Positions 36,139 through 50,722 of a stretch of 64,000 nt of DNA are shown piece by piece. The translations under genes were made by a program, and so were the position numbers. The stretch spans positions 19,406,001 to 19,470,000 of the forward strand of contig OZ365118.1 in NCBI GenBank assembly GCA_977030845.1, written 5' to 3'. The notes below the pieces were generated by a model, which saw nothing but the letters and a program-made list of their open reading frames with translations, searched no databases and was not told the DNA's origin. Within the stretch, counting starts at the first letter, position 1. Each line of letters begins with the position of its first letter. The stretch comes from Fimbriosthenelais zetlandica. Taxonomy: Eukaryota.

Positions 36139-38287
36139 GCTAATGTTACCTGAAGCAGTAGGGATCAGTCCCTCATTAAGTAAGCCAGGTGTAAGTAATG
36201 TCAGGTAATGAGTACTTGACCACATCACGCCTGCTGACCACCCCCTCTCACTGATGACCGTATTGTCCAGTCCTGACCACAGCTTCCCTACTACACCTTG
36301 ATGGTTCCCACTGACCGAAGGTGTACACTGCTACCTCCTTCACTGTACGATCATTCATTATCTTTCATAAAAATGGTCATTATCATATAAGATTTGACAG
36401 TCGAAATGGTTAGTATTTAGTGGGATTTTATACCTCAAGAATCAGCTGAAAATCTATTATTCAAACTATGAAATTTGCCCAATTTTATATCGTTATTGAC
36501 GGCTTAATCTTTACAAATTGTAATTTGCCTGCATTGTCCACCTTTCCCCGCCACTGACCACCACTGACCACCACTTGGTTGACCTGCACATATTGACTAA
36601 TGATCTCATTGCCTCCACTGTTGTCTGTCGATGCGGGCCTGAGTGCTGTAGTCATCAGTGGACGTTTTGTCACCAATATTCACCGTATAAGTGGCTTAAG
36701 TGGACTGGCAATAGATTCTGAAGCAAACATAAACCAACCCTGAGAATTCCCAATAATGTCCACGATTTAAAGCCAATTACCTGTGTTGATTTCCATCACG
36801 ATAGAAGAGGGGACATAATTTAGGTCGATTCTGTGGGGTGACCCCTCCCTCTCATGAAAAAAACCCGCATTCTCCCCCACCCCACTTCACCCTAACATGA
36901 ATCAACCTTTGATAAAATGCCATTCCTGAATCAGAGCCAGGAAAAAAACCTGAGACATGCACAAAAAAAGCAATCAATAATTTTTTGCGCTGGTGCCTCG
37001 CGAGTTGGGTTCAGGTTGGCCACATTTATCTCTGTTGAAATCAGCTTTTTTTTTGCCTCCATCATCCGTTATGATAAAAGGCTGGTAGAGGGGCAGGCGG
37101 CCGCACCTGGCCACCTCCTGAATACAAGGCAGGTTATGTAACATGGCAGGTAGCTTAAATGACGGCCCTTAACACCTCTAGACTTGTCCCTGTCCCTTAG
37201 AAATATCAGAAAGTTTATTCTGAGCAAAATGAATATTAATTGAAATGAAATGCATTAATGTCACTGAATAATCTTTAGATATGATCTGTACATAGATATG
37301 TGCGATATTGCATTATGAATCGACTATAAATTGATTATGAATATACATTAAAATATATAGGAGGCTTGGTGCGGATGCTGAGATAATTGAATCAGCAGAA
37401 GTATTGTTAAATGTAGAGACTGGACTAAGATCGAGAGATCTGATCTTTCAAATCTAGAACACGCCCAGAAATGGGAAGGAAAGGGAATAAGGCGGCTGAA
37501 CTTCAAGCCTTTATATCAGCGTGAATCGAGTTTGAATTGTAGATTTTATGGCTGACCTTAGACCCGCTAGTGGAGGGGGCTGACATCCGTTATCTGCCTT
37601 TATATCGGTTTAATTAAATCACAAACTATTTATGTGGATTTCATTTACAAAAGCTCTGTGTTGGGCAGGAATACATAACCCCACAGCGAGGCTGGGTGCC
37701 AATTGTCTTCCCCCCAGCATTGAATGTAGGACAATAGTAAACCGGAGAATAAAACAGTGAGAAAGTAAAGCATGTGTACAAGGAGCGAGCAGCAGATGTT
37801 ATGGAGTCCTACACGGACAAAAAACACAGTAAAACTACTATCAAATCAAGTGTTTGATTTACAGCAGCTAAACGTAAAGCGAAATGAGGTCAATGGTAGG
37901 GATGGTCCCAGCTAAGTGGGCACTATTATGAAAGACTGCTGCAGGCCATTTCCATTTGAATTGTGCTTTTTTCACTCTCAAAATGGATTATTTCGTAAAA
38001 AAAAGAATAGAACACCCACAGGGCACGCGGTACATGCACATGTGCTGATACCATGAGGCCAGTATGAAACAAAACAAGTTGAAATATTGCATTTTTTTCA
38101 AGAAAATACTCGTTGGCATTAGAAGTGTTATGGGATTTCCTCAGTAATGAATACTTTCCCTGAGCCCCTCCCCCTTATATGGACACAATGAATAATGCTA
38201 ATGTTATGGTAACCAACCTTCCCATTATGTTCCTTTATGTACCATTCTCATACCGCTTACCTAATTGGTCGTTTACGTAAAGAAGTG

Positions 38288-38907
38288 GTCGTCATGGCAA
38301 AGAAGTATGTTGTCATGGCAAACAAGACAAATAATAACAACAAAGGCCGTGAGGAATGAGGTAAATGAGGAGCAAGCTTCAGGTGCTTCATGTACATAGA
38401 GGGTAGCGGGGTGGGGGAGGGAGAGGGGTTAAATGAGGGGAGATGCCATCTGGGACGACCATATTTAACATCTAGGTTTACATATGATAACGGGCTCCCA
38501 TGAACAACACCCAATGAACATTCACTGATTAGCCTTTGTTGACAGAACCCCCAACCCTAAAACCCATACTTGAAAAAGCCCATTTCCTGTATGATAGCAT
38601 AGACCATCAATGATGATAGTTATGTGCAATGGATTGCAATCAGTATAGTTGCCATGGCGACTTATCTGATGTGGTCTTAGATACCATCTATGGCTACCAA
38701 AAGGCAGTTGAGCCTATAGCCTATATAAGACAATTTATGCAATTTGGAAATTTAATGGATATTTAGAGCAGACGACTCCTGGCCATGGCTTCACAATGTC
38801 AGGAGACGCCCATCTCTGACCACCGTCTGGCCGCCATCTTGGTAACCTAATACCACGTGATTAACCCCGTTGTCATGGAGACGTGACTAGGTACGGGTGG
38901 TCACGTG
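38288..38907. promoter_or_regulatory. X-box-rich module with YY1 and two E-boxes
   Basis: GTCGTCATGGCAAA 38288; GTTGTCATGGCAAA 38309; GTTGCCATGGCGAC 38648 (strict on the reverse strand); GGCCGCCATCTTGG 38829; CACGTG 38854 and 38902; GTTGTCATGGAGAC 38869. Confidence 0.55.
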
Positions 38908-38936
38908 TTGTTGATAGAGGTGAGTGAGCTGAGGAT

Positions 38937-38966
38937 GGGAGGGGGGGGGGGGGGTGGGGGTGGGGG
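38937..38966 (+). repeat. Poly-G tract, G4 prone
   Basis: GGGA-G14-T-G5-T-G5. Confidence 0.85.
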
Positions 38967-41900
38967 AGCACTCCTGGCTACTCATCAGACTTCCTGACCC
39001 TGGTGACTCAGTTGTAAAATGAATGGCGCGTCTCTAAAGTCGTGGAGCTCGGTACTTGAAATGAGCAGCTCGTTTCTAAACAAACCTGCTCCACTTCCGC
39101 CTTCTGGCCTTTCTCTTTACCTCATCACAAACCTGCTCCAAGATAACAGCAGGTCCATTCTGACCACATCTATAACACACATACTCCTCTGTCGACTGTG
39201 GGCATATTGTCACCACCCAACTCCCAAATCCCAACTCATCAAAACAATCTAATATTATTGATCTGAAACATCATATTTGGCCAAGAATGTTCATCAATTC
39301 TACATGGTCAAAGTGTCACCCCCAACACACACCAACTTTCTCAAAATGTCCTGAGAAAATTCCTCCGAAAAAGACATAAGGACATGAAGTTATTTTACAG
39401 AACTATGCCAGGCCAGGATTATGTGCCATTTTAATATATAAAATCCCTGCTGGACTCCCGAGCAGCTCGTTAGTAAAACTAATGAGACTAGCCTCACACT
39501 CACAGCTTTATCAGCTCACAGTCCACCGCTCCCCACCACCCTACTTTACCAACCATCTCAGCTATGTAGAGATCCTGTGAATTATTATCAGACTCAGTCA
39601 TGGGGGCGTCCACCCCCGGCACGACCAAACTAGATTAAAAGTCAAACCTCATTCCCCCGTCTCCTGGCTGATGGCCGCTCATTCCTGTAACGACCTGCTA
39701 ACGTATGGTTTCTAGCATGCCCACCTCACATGTGAAAATCATGGCTTTATATTATAGGGGTAAGTGGTCAAGGTTGCTGACCACTGGGTATACCGTATAG
39801 CTTTCTCCCCAGTGGATTGCCTTCCACCGGGATCAAAAATAGACTAGCCACATGGATCCCCTAACCCCATACTCCATGGTGGATTGTGCGAATACATCAT
39901 CTCATGTTTTAAGATATTTCCCACAGTACATAGTCCTTGACTCTGAAAGAGTGTTCTAAGTCATCCAAATCCTTATTCAAATAAGGAAATATCTGAATTA
40001 ATACCACGGGGCATGCTTTTTTCCCAAATAATCGCTCCAGGGTATTAACAATTCTAGAAGACCTGACCGTGACATTCCATGAAGACTTTGGTCGGTGGTT
40101 TAATATCGTGACAGCCCTCAGGGAGAGGAGGCAGGAGATGGAGACGCTATGGCAGGTGTGGCACATTACTGACGTGGTCAAATACAAATAGACTTGCAAG
40201 GCTTCTTATATCTTTAATATATTTTTAATAAAAATTGAAATAAGGCCCAGACGATAACAATTATTGATACATTTCCATATCACCTACATTGGCAGATCAT
40301 ATTGGATCAACTCAGCAGAAAAGAGCTCAGAGAAAATGATGAGAATGGAAGATAAATATTTTGAGGTGGACATTGGCTAGTCTAGGGTGGGGAGTGTAGG
40401 GTGTTTAGAGTGACCAGGGAGTGGGGGATCATTCCTCCAGGGCATGTGTTGGGTGTGGGGGAGTAATCAAGCTTGGCAAGCCGTGTCATCACAATGTTTA
40501 TACTGAGCTTAACATGACTGCTATACAGTCCACTATACAGTCCACTAGACTCCCTGACATTGACAACAGGCACGTCTCCCTGTCACTGTCACTGACCTGT
40601 TACTGTGTCCCTCACCCTCCATCTCTCAGACACTCTCTCTATCCCTTCCTCTATCCCTCTGATTAACTGATTAACTGTCTTTCCTTGCACTGTCACTTCC
40701 CCTTTCTAACTCACTCACACTGAGATCTGTCTGTCACAATTGTGTCACAATTATCACAAGTATAACAGTGACTATCCCTTAGTTCTTTCTCTCTTAATTG
40801 CATTGCTCTCATTCATTTCTCCATCTGCCTCTCTTTTCACATTCTCTCTGTCTCCATCTCACCCTTCCCCTTTAGACCTGTCAGAGGGTATAATATTGGA
40901 CATAACAAGGTAGCTTTAAGATCCGGGAGGAGGGTTATCACTAGGTCATCCTCAAAATAGATACACTCAGCACTAAAAGGTTAAACCCAGGTGTCACAAG
41001 TTGTACACTCCTGACAGCTACTAACACTGTCAGCTGAAAGCTTCAACCAGACCAGATAACATACATTGACAGACGCTAGAATCAGGGTCATTCTGAAGCA
41101 AAATGGACAAATTAACTGCTAATGGGTCACTGTCACTTAGTTGACTACTCCAGTTTTGTATTCAATTTTCCCATATTTGTTTTCAACGTAAGTGAAGGTT
41201 CATGTTTTGAACTGGGCAGACCTATACTCTGTTATTTCCTTGACTCATTGACTGAAAAATAATGAGGAATTGACCCCCGCATTCCCTGATAAAGATCACT
41301 GTCAGTGGACATTCTGATCCTGTCATTTTTTCCTGTAATGACAGTCACCCTCCCTTCTCTCCTCACATCTTACATAAGACAGGACCATCCTGGCCGCCCA
41401 TCCTGGTCGAGGGTTGGGGGGAGATATAAAAGATAAGAGAAATTAGGGAGATATGACGTAATACAGCGTCTCACCTTCACTGAGTGATATGTATGAGACA
41501 CGTGATATAATAGCAGCGTGTAATCAGAGTGATGGTAGCCAGGGCTACCGTTACTAATGACAATCCAGGCGAAACTGGATCCTTTACATTCAATACCAGC
41601 TACCCTAGGCTATATTAATGAACCAATTGTACAGTTCATAATTCTTATGCATATCACTGCAGTGAGGTAAGTTTCTACATGTTAACTTTAATTCTTACAG
41701 GCAATCTTACCAATACCTTTCTCTTCACAATACTCAATTCTAAATGTGTAAGCAAGATTTTGACCTTTTTTCGGTCCCTCTACATTTGTTTTGTTTATCT
41801 GGTCTGTCCGGATCTTGGTGCTATCACTTCCAGCCTCAAATAAATATTACTTCAATTCCTATTAAAAGCCAACTCCAGGAGTACTCCTCTACTTAGATAA

Positions 41901-43542
41901 GGCCAGAGACTGATAAGAAAAACAAGTTTGTGGCCTGAACTTTCGACTTAAAAGCCTTTTTTAAGTCTCAGATTTAGAATCCCAGTGGGAGAGTGAGTGT
42001 AGAGCAGGGAGGTGTGAGTGGATGGGGTATTTCAGTACTGGGAACCCCCACCCTGGTCTGTGAACAATAGGCAGACATTTAGCAGAGAGTTATAGAGTTA
42101 CCTCGCTGCCAACAATAAGGATAGGCCTAATTAATCAGGCCACATCTGTCTGTGACATGATGGACATCCTATCTGAGGCCACCAGGCCTCTCTGTACGAG
42201 GCACCACCACTAATAGGTAACCATAGAAGCAGCTGCACGAGTCAATATTCCATTTCATTCCTGCATTCCATTTCTAGGATTCGAAAATGAAATGTTCTAC
42301 CTGTGACCATTATACCAATACCACTATTTCACTTGTATTTTCAGTTTCTTTACAGAAACTTAATGCAGTGATTTAATCAAATGATCTACTCAGTGATTGG
42401 CTAATGTAATTAGACTTATGCCGAAAAGAATCTTAATCTCAAAGCTTCAAAATGTCTTAAGTCAAATGTGTTAACAAAGACAGACACACCAGCCAAAATC
42501 CAGATCAAATTTGCCATCAAGTGCCACTGAAATCAGACATTTTCTGTTATTTTTGGCATAAAAAACTAGATTAATGCATTGTCCATATTCCCATGGTGGT
42601 AATAACCATGACACATTAACAAAGCTCCCCCCTATAAACCCCTGACACCCCTGGGACCCTCCATATCCCTACAATAATCCCAAATACCCAACCAGGGATA
42701 AAAGACAACCGATAATCCCCGACCATGGGAACATCCATGTCCACTCCTCACCTCTCTCAGACATTTATTTTCTTTGCACTCTTGGAACAAGGACTTGTTG
42801 ACAACATTAAAGGCAGGGTATGAGGGTACTTGAGACTAATATTGATATGCGCGGGGTATGGGGGCAGCCTCCCACATAGATCTAACATTTATATTGATAA
42901 CGTGAGAGGAGAGATGTTCATATTTGTTATCATACAGATAACCTATACTGGGTATGATAATATACACGATGAAACCCTAACTAATCTGACCATACATCTC
43001 ATGTACTTCACAGACTAGAATTAAACCCCCTGCTAATTCACACTGTTCAGTCCTTAACATAATTGGCAAGGTATATAAATGATTATTTATATAGAATTCA
43101 ATTAAATATTTGATTAATTTGTGCATGTTTATAACTATAATACTGTAACTTTTCACCAACATAAAATATACATATTTCCAATACACATGACCCATTCTGA
43201 CGTGTATATGAAATGTATGAGTTAGTGTATAGTATATTCTATTATACTGTGCATACACTTGCATTATTGAAGTGTCACAGAAGAGTCAAGGACCTTACAA
43301 CCATTCACCTTGACTTTGACATCCCTGTAGACACTACATATTTACCAGTCAGTGGATTTAAAGCTCATGAATGTATAATAATGGTTGACAAATACAGCAG
43401 ACTGGACAGGACGGTTTACAAGGCGAGTTTGGGATGTTATCTGATGGTGGGAGGGCGTTCCCTACAGGTCATATAACCTGCATGTATGTGGGTCACACCC
43501 CCCGGGAGGGCTCACAGGGTCACAGGGGGTCTCCCACTCGTT

Positions 43543-43632
43543 ACAACCCCAGGTTTATAAGTAATACCGTATACAACCTCAAGTATATAAGTAAGAACGT
43601 ATACAACACTAGGTATATAAGTAATAACGTAT
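43543..43632 (+). repeat. 30-bp tandem repeat x3
   Basis: ACAACCCCAGGTTTATAAGTAATACCGTAT / ACAACCTCAAGTATATAAGTAAGAACGTAT / ACAACACTAGGTATATAAGTAATAACGTAT. Confidence 0.9.
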
Positions 43633-45312
43633 ATATATACCCATGGATAAAGTTGATTAACTGCTACCAAAAATCCCAGGTTCTGAATCATAGCATATCA
43701 TTTATGAATAATAAATGATGATATAATGTAATCTGTAGGACTGTGGTTTAATTAAATGGGGGTATGTTTTAGTTGGAGTGTTTGGCTGGAAGTTTACGGT
43801 ATTAGACAGAAAGAAGCATGGAGCTGGTTTAGCAGGGAAACATTGATGTTTGTGATTACAGTCAATAAGTTCTAATGATGATGGATGTAGGCTCCATGAT
43901 GCTTCACTGACTTCCTGACGTCTTATATCAATGTTAAATATGACAGCGTCCAGATATACCCGCCTCCAGACCCCACAGAACCCGGATAAATACCTCCACA
44001 ACGGCCCTAAACCTTATACAGACTTAAACCTGGATAATCCAGTTAGTAATGAACCCACTGTTAAATCCCCTTATACGGATTTACAGTGCATGTATTTGTC
44101 TATCATCCCACATTGCATATCTCCAAAAATGCATAGTTTAAAAGGAAAGAACGTAACTTTACACAAGTGAAATTCTCAGTGAGATAAGGTAAAAGATATG
44201 TGGGATTTAGATGAGATTTATGTAAGAGAGGAGATAGAATGTCACTGGTGAAAGCAGCTTTTAGTTACTGAATTTTCAATGAGGCTTATCTGGGTGTATA
44301 GCCTTGCATTATAATTGCTCATAGCAGATCTTTTTTGGAGAGAGTTGGTTTTAAATATTTTTTTATCAGATAGATTTAATCTCGTCTTTATATAAGGCTT
44401 TGTTGATCGTGACGTAAAGCCAGCGTCTGGTAAACAAAATGTTGTTTGTTTTACTAAAGGGTCAACCGCCAACATTTTGATGTCACTGACCAACGGTTTG
44501 TCAAGTGGAGCGTAAGTTAGTCAATCTTATTGACGGTTTCTCTTTCAATCATTTCCTCCGGTCAAATCTTGACTTTAAACTCATCAAAGTCTCATGGTAA
44601 ATCCACATTAAAGTGTTTACCTACTGCAAAAAACTCCATACATCATAGACCCGACCTGGGGTGGGATGGGATGTCTTAACCCATTGACATTACATGGACT
44701 AATGTGGTGTAAATGTGTTATGAAACTGACTCCGGTATAAGACAATACACTGTGTAGAAAACACTCATTGCCGACTCTTTGTATTACATGAAGTTTGCTC
44801 AACCCCCGGGAGAAACCTATTGTTTCTTTCCTTTCATTTGATTCCGCCAATAATAATAATTTAATTTGCTATGAAATACCTCCCATAACACAGGAACTGG
44901 GTCCATTGAAATGAGAACCAACTGTTAATTGGTGTTAATAAATTGAACGGAAGCTAGGGGGTCGCGATTGAAGGAGAGAAAACCAGTATTTCCTGGATAA
45001 TTGTAGATGTTGTAACAATGGTGGAAATGTCTTGTGTCTGACAGAAATATATTGATATTTCTTTGTATTTTTCTGAGATGGAACTATATGGATGCAATAG
45101 ATATAGACTATTGGTGGTGTAAGCCACTGGAGTAGGTGAGGGGGCGGATTATTGCTACATCTACTGGAGATAAAGGGATATGGATTAGTGACTTATCTCT
45201 CAAGTATAGCGTCCATTGGTGTGGAATTTGGTCAGTTATAATCAAGGACAAATATCATGGGAAATATAGAGGAATTAACATCTGGTTATAGGCACTACTG
45301 ATGGTCATGATT

Positions 45313-45373
45313 CCAATACATAGCCAATACACATTCTGTATATTGCCAATACACATGTTGCCAATACACATGT
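45313..45373 (+). repeat. Short CCAATACA(CAT) repeat x4
   Basis: CCAATACA at 45313, 45324, 45346, 45361. Confidence 0.75.
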
Positions 45374-46956
45374 AAAGATCCCAAAACATTCATGCATGTC
45401 AACATTCTCAAATGATATATTCCTGATATCAAAACAAATCTGATCTTTTGTAAAGACCAACATCACAGAAATCATTTCCTATATATTAAAGCATATATTT
45501 ATATCTATTATGTTTATATTTGAAATGAAACTGAAGGGTAGACAAGTCTATAGTAGGTCTATAATGCACCAGATTTAAACTGAGTCTGACTCAGTCTGAG
45601 GGTATTGCGACACCTAGAATTTGAAGATTATCTTTTAAATTCTGAAAATTCTTTGACAATACACAAGACTCCCTCCCAAACATCTAAAGTTCATAGAAAT
45701 CCAAGTAAATAAAAGTTGTATTTGTAAATTTTGATAAAGAAAACAGCTGCTACTTGGAAGTGTCACACTGTCCCAGTTTTGTTGACAAATGCCAGCAGGA
45801 CGACCAAGTTGTTGCAGTTTATAATTTCCAACCCCGACAAACTGTCGCCGTCCAAAATATGAAATCCTGGCGTTTCAAACTTGACCACAGCAATACATAC
45901 CTTTAAAAGATGCTAGAGTAAATCCTTAATACATGTCAGAGAGCTGAGGATGTGGTATAACGCTGTGTTAGAGGTGTAGGAGGATGGATGGTGAAGCTGT
46001 CTGGGGATTTTAATGTGTTCACGGTTTGGTATAATGAGTACAGCCGTTCCTGCCGTCCCGCGACCAGTACCCTCACACTCCCTACCTCCTAAAGACGCTC
46101 AACAATCCTGGATGGATCTGGTAGATCAGTAGATCAGGCAAGATTCCATAAAGTCCGAGGATAGATCAATAATATAGGAGACGTAGCCGTTCATAACACA
46201 CAGTGTAATTACTGTAGGGGGTGGCCAGGGTGCAGCTGCTTTGTTGTGTGTGTATGTGTGCCCTCTTTCTCTACTCAGGACGGACACAGTCGGCTGAGCA
46301 GACTGGGCGGGGGAGGTGAGGGGGGAGGGGGTAGCAGAGTAAAGCTATATCATACACTCTTCCCACCAGTCACACCCTCCCACCTGCCCGCGTCCCCCCA
46401 CACCCTCCCTTCTCCCTGCATCAGGACCCACTCTTCCCACCTGTTCCTTTTCTCACAGGGGGACGGCGCGGTTTGATAGCGTCCCTATTCAAGTTCATTT
46501 CAAATCAATAATATTTAAATTTCTTTAAATAATTACGTCGAAGTTTTATATGTTAATACATGTATTTATTATACAAACTTCAAAGCAAACATTATTAATG
46601 TGTTTAGCTTTGTGTTCCCTTTCTTTTTAAGATAGTAATTCACCGTGGTCTCCCCGTTAAATTTTAAGACCATCTAAATTTTGGAAGTCTACTGCTCTGG
46701 GGAAGGAGGGGATGTCATCAGGAATAGGCTTTTGTGGTCGCAACTCTGATACCGGACTAGTCCATTATTCACCACAGGGGGGATAACCTTCATATCCCAC
46801 CACCCATTCCTTTATTAACTTCCATACAATGGACCCTTCCATAACGTTCCATAACTCATATAGATTTTGATGAGAGATAAATTATTTGATATTTTATAAA
46901 TTTTATTTTATAATTTTAATGTGAGTCTGACTGCCGACCACCCCTCGGGGGTTATA

Positions 46957-47058
46957 ATGGACGCGCGTTAATGTTGGTCGGTGGAGGATGACGGGCGGTG
47001 TGAGATGGCGGGAACCATGGTGATGGGTGGTTACCATGGTAACGACCAAGTCCGCCGT
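46957..47058. promoter_or_regulatory. CpG-rich module with palindromic X-box, YY1-like motif and GC box
   Basis: GTTACCATGGTAAC 47030-47043; AGATGGCGGG about 47003; GGGCGG about 46993; ATGGACGCGCGTTAAT 46957-46972. Confidence 0.5.
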
Positions 47059-47734
47059 CTCCTCCTCTCATATTTCCTCATCACTCATATTCGTCCATGA
47101 TCGCATATTTTCGCACCTTTTTCGCGCATCGGCAGATGTTCTTTTTGGGGGGTGTGGGTATGTTGTTTTGTGGGAAAAAGAGAAATTGGAAAGAGATATG
47201 AATAATTTAAGTATGGATAGGTACCATTTCCCATTGCGCCCAAAGTATTGAAAGTGTGCGAGATCAGAGATCTGGTTAGATCGAGGGCAAAAAAACTAGT
47301 AAGAAAAGAAAGTATAAGAAAAGCGCGCACATATTAGACATATTAATGGAAAAAAACCAGTAATGACGCTCAAGAACGCTTAGAGTTAAAGGAAAATGTA
47401 TTCGGGAAATATGTTCTATTTCTTAGTGGATAAAAGTCTATTAATCTCATTCAAATATCTATTACTCGATTTCTTAAGTAGTTTTTGGGGTCATTCGTAA
47501 CATTTATTTTGAATTACTTTTGGATTAGTCGCTGAACCTTTTTGCGTCTCGAGGAGGAATGAAAAGTGGGAGGAGGCGGGTAGGAGGGTGTGTGTATGGG
47601 GCAAAGAAAACGTTAAGCAAACTCGAGGGAAGAAGACATTATTATTGTGGAAATGTCCATTGAGGGAACTTTCTTTCATTTTTGAAATCTTTAATGGCCA
47701 GCTAGTGAGTGGAGAGAGTGAAGTGAAGGCGCGA

Positions 47735-47753
47735 CCGCCGCCATAATGGCCGG
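47735..47753. promoter_or_regulatory. Back-to-back YY1-like motifs
   Basis: CCGCCGCCATAATGGCCGG: CGCCAT on one strand and ATGGCC on the other. Confidence 0.3.
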
Positions 47754-48879
47754 CAGTGTTGTGATTTGCGGGTAATAGTAGACTGAGTGACTGAGTGTAG
47801 AATTACTGTAGACTTCAATGATACCTCCAGCTCCACACTAACCACTGGTCAACACAGACGGTGAAAACACCCATACAAACCCTGATAACATGTCTCAAAA
47901 ACCCACATTTACCCGCTACCACTCCAGGCCACTTACCCCTATACAACCCCAAGGCTTACAGCCAAAACATTAGCTATTTTTAATGCGGTGAAAGACGAAA
48001 GTCCTTTCTTAAATTTGTCTCCGTCGTCGCTCCATTGTACGCGGTATGAGAGAGATGAAGGTCACTCGGACGCCTTTAAGTATTTGACCTTGGTGAATAG
48101 TGGTCAGATAACCCCGCTGACCCCCGCCTCTCACACACAGGTACGTGGTCGTGGGAATTAAGTCATTATGTACTTTTTCACGGTGGCTGGAGGAGCTTCT
48201 TTCTCTTGTTAAAGGATTTATGATCATGTGTTTGGACGTGGGTGTCGGGCGGGGCTTTGTGTTGGGTGGAGGGTGATCTGTGCAGACCACAGGTGTTAGA
48301 TTACCTCTAATCAACTCACACCCTCATACCAACTTCTCAGACACATTTTTATGGAAGAAAACCTGACAGGTTTTTGACATATTTTTGTGAAAATAATATA
48401 CGGGTATATTCCCACTGGATGTGCCATCTTTTATTGGAAATTGATAGAGCACCACCCATCATAAATATCTTTGCAATTTTTAACAAAGATGATACCCCGT
48501 ACACTAAGCTTTAATATACCAATTTTCAAAGAAAAAGATTATATTTTGGTGTATTCATGGAATGATTTTGAGCAAGCACGCAGCTATATGGGGACCATAA
48601 ATATGTTGCATACATATAACATTTTTCAAGGTGAAAAGATGAGTGTATAGGAATCAGTACATGTGCATGTCTAGGAATCACTACCTTCCGTTCAATCTCC
48701 CATTGTCTGTACATGTGTACAGGAATCAGTAGCCTCCACTACCTGTACATGTATAACATCCATGTGTAAGACAGGTGTAGCTGTCTACAGGTGGTTTATA
48801 AACATTAAACCATGTGAGGTGTGAGCAGACTCACCTCAATCATGGCATGCTATATACTGCTCGATTATACGAGTAAAAG

Positions 48880-49264
48880 CAAGTATTCTATGGGGTAGTT
48901 ATTAATTTTCCCAAAGTTTTTCCAGGTTACATGGAAGGTAATGAATTTTTTGTTTTACCCTATAGATGCTATTAATAGACTAGTTGGAACTACAATATGG
49001 CGAAAACAAACATATACCAATCACTTCTAAGGCTGGTCATCTAGCCGATAGAAATGAACAACTATGAACCCATGATCGTTTACTGTCAATTGGATTGCCC
49101 TAAAAGCCGTCCAACCATTGGGTCAACCGATGGATACCAGGCTATGTTGACATGCTACATGCTAACATAAATGGCGAGAAGAAAGTCAGTGTTTTCAGTG
49201 GTCGTTTTTACCTGGACCAGCAAGGACTTACGCCTCCGTCTACCTAACAAGTATTCTATGGGGT
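48880..49264 (+). repeat. 17-bp exact direct repeats flanking 351 bp
   Basis: CAAGTATTCTATGGGGT at 48880-48896 and 49248-49264. Confidence 0.75.
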
Positions 49265-50722
49265 TAGGTGAGTACCTGTAGGCGGGTAGAATACTGGACT
49301 AATATGTGCTTTGTGGGCGCGTAATGAGCTCCAGTCATTGTATAAATCTTTTATGTGGTCTGTCTTATGAAACACCCCGTACCCCCATCACCTGCATGTC
49401 ATAAATCATCTCCTCTCTCTGATGCATTGTTACAGTTATTAAACAACATTGCAAGCACAGCATGTATTCAATATCCCAATATCTCGCTATTTTCAAGAAA
49501 TGATTTGTTTGCATCCTTCAAAATGCCCACATTTAGTGCAATTTCCAGGCACCTACCCTCTCCACAAACCTGGAAGTCTACTTATCGAATGCCCCTTGAT
49601 TTATATTCATATTAGCAGTCAAATATCCAAGATATTAAGCGGTGAAAATATGATTTCGTCGAAATAAAATGTCCTGCATTAGTAGATAGTGGACAGGTAC
49701 ATATTATATAGTAAGGTTTGATTTGAGCCGGCGTGTAGATGTGAAGGGGGAGGTGATAATGGGGGGTGACGGGTTATCATGATATCTATAATTACCACGT
49801 GTAATCAACACTTTATTTATACCCATTCTCTGCTATTTTCAGTCTAAAAACACAGATTTATTTCACAATATGCGGGCCTGCGTTTAAAATCATTTTGAAA
49901 AGGTAATATTCATCCTTCCAGTACTTTTTAACATGTATTATATTTGACACAATGAATATACATTTTAAAATAGTATCGCTCCATTTTTAGTTGGAAAATA
50001 TTGAGCTGGGTATTTCCAGTGGCTCCAACTTGTCTTTTAGCAAGTGTAAAACATACCCCATCCACCCTGGGCACTGACTCGTGACATTAAAGTTTAATTA
50101 GACAAGATGTAAGACAAACAAAGCCCTGCCTATAAAGGTGTAACATGTGATTTAATGTCAGTGAGGCGTGAGGCTGTGAGTCCATGTTCACGGGATGGTC
50201 GGTTAGCTCTCTGATACAACCATCTTCACCACCCATGGTCACATTCACTTTATGACCACTTCGTGATTCTTTTCTAAATCCACAGACATAACACAGTCTG
50301 TTGACGGTAAAGATGCCCCATGTCTTTTTATTTTTATCTCAATGCTTTAGTGCTTATATAAACACACTCTTTACTGAATCTACAACTATATTCCACATGG
50401 TTGCTTGCAGGCTCTCAGATCTAGATAGCTCCAACGGGTGTCCGTGACAATCTTAAACTTTTTGAATTTTATTTAAGAAAGAAGCCCTTAAAATACAACT
50501 AAAAATCTACTCGGGGCTTAGGCCTAATTATCATAATAAATGCACTCACCTCTTTTTAAAGCGAGCATGCATGGCTCCTTGTAGATCGCATTTAAAAATT
50601 CAACAGGTATTAAAAAATGTCCTCACAATCTCTAAATGGTTCCTTTTCTCTCCAAAAGTACATCCAAAATGAACATGGAGAAGTTCAAGCTGAGAATGTC
50701 ATATGAAAGTCATGCATACATT

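Noticed and set aside
38022-38031. miR-124-like fragments (also GGTGAATGCC at 24021)
   Set aside because: Partial matches of 10-12 nt at separate loci; no full mature sequence or hairpin.
45709-45906. SH3-like QVVAVYNFQP frame and LRR-like antisense frame
   Set aside because: The downstream SH3 motifs (ELSF..GD, WW, P.NY) are absent, both strands are open, and neither has convincing splice sites.
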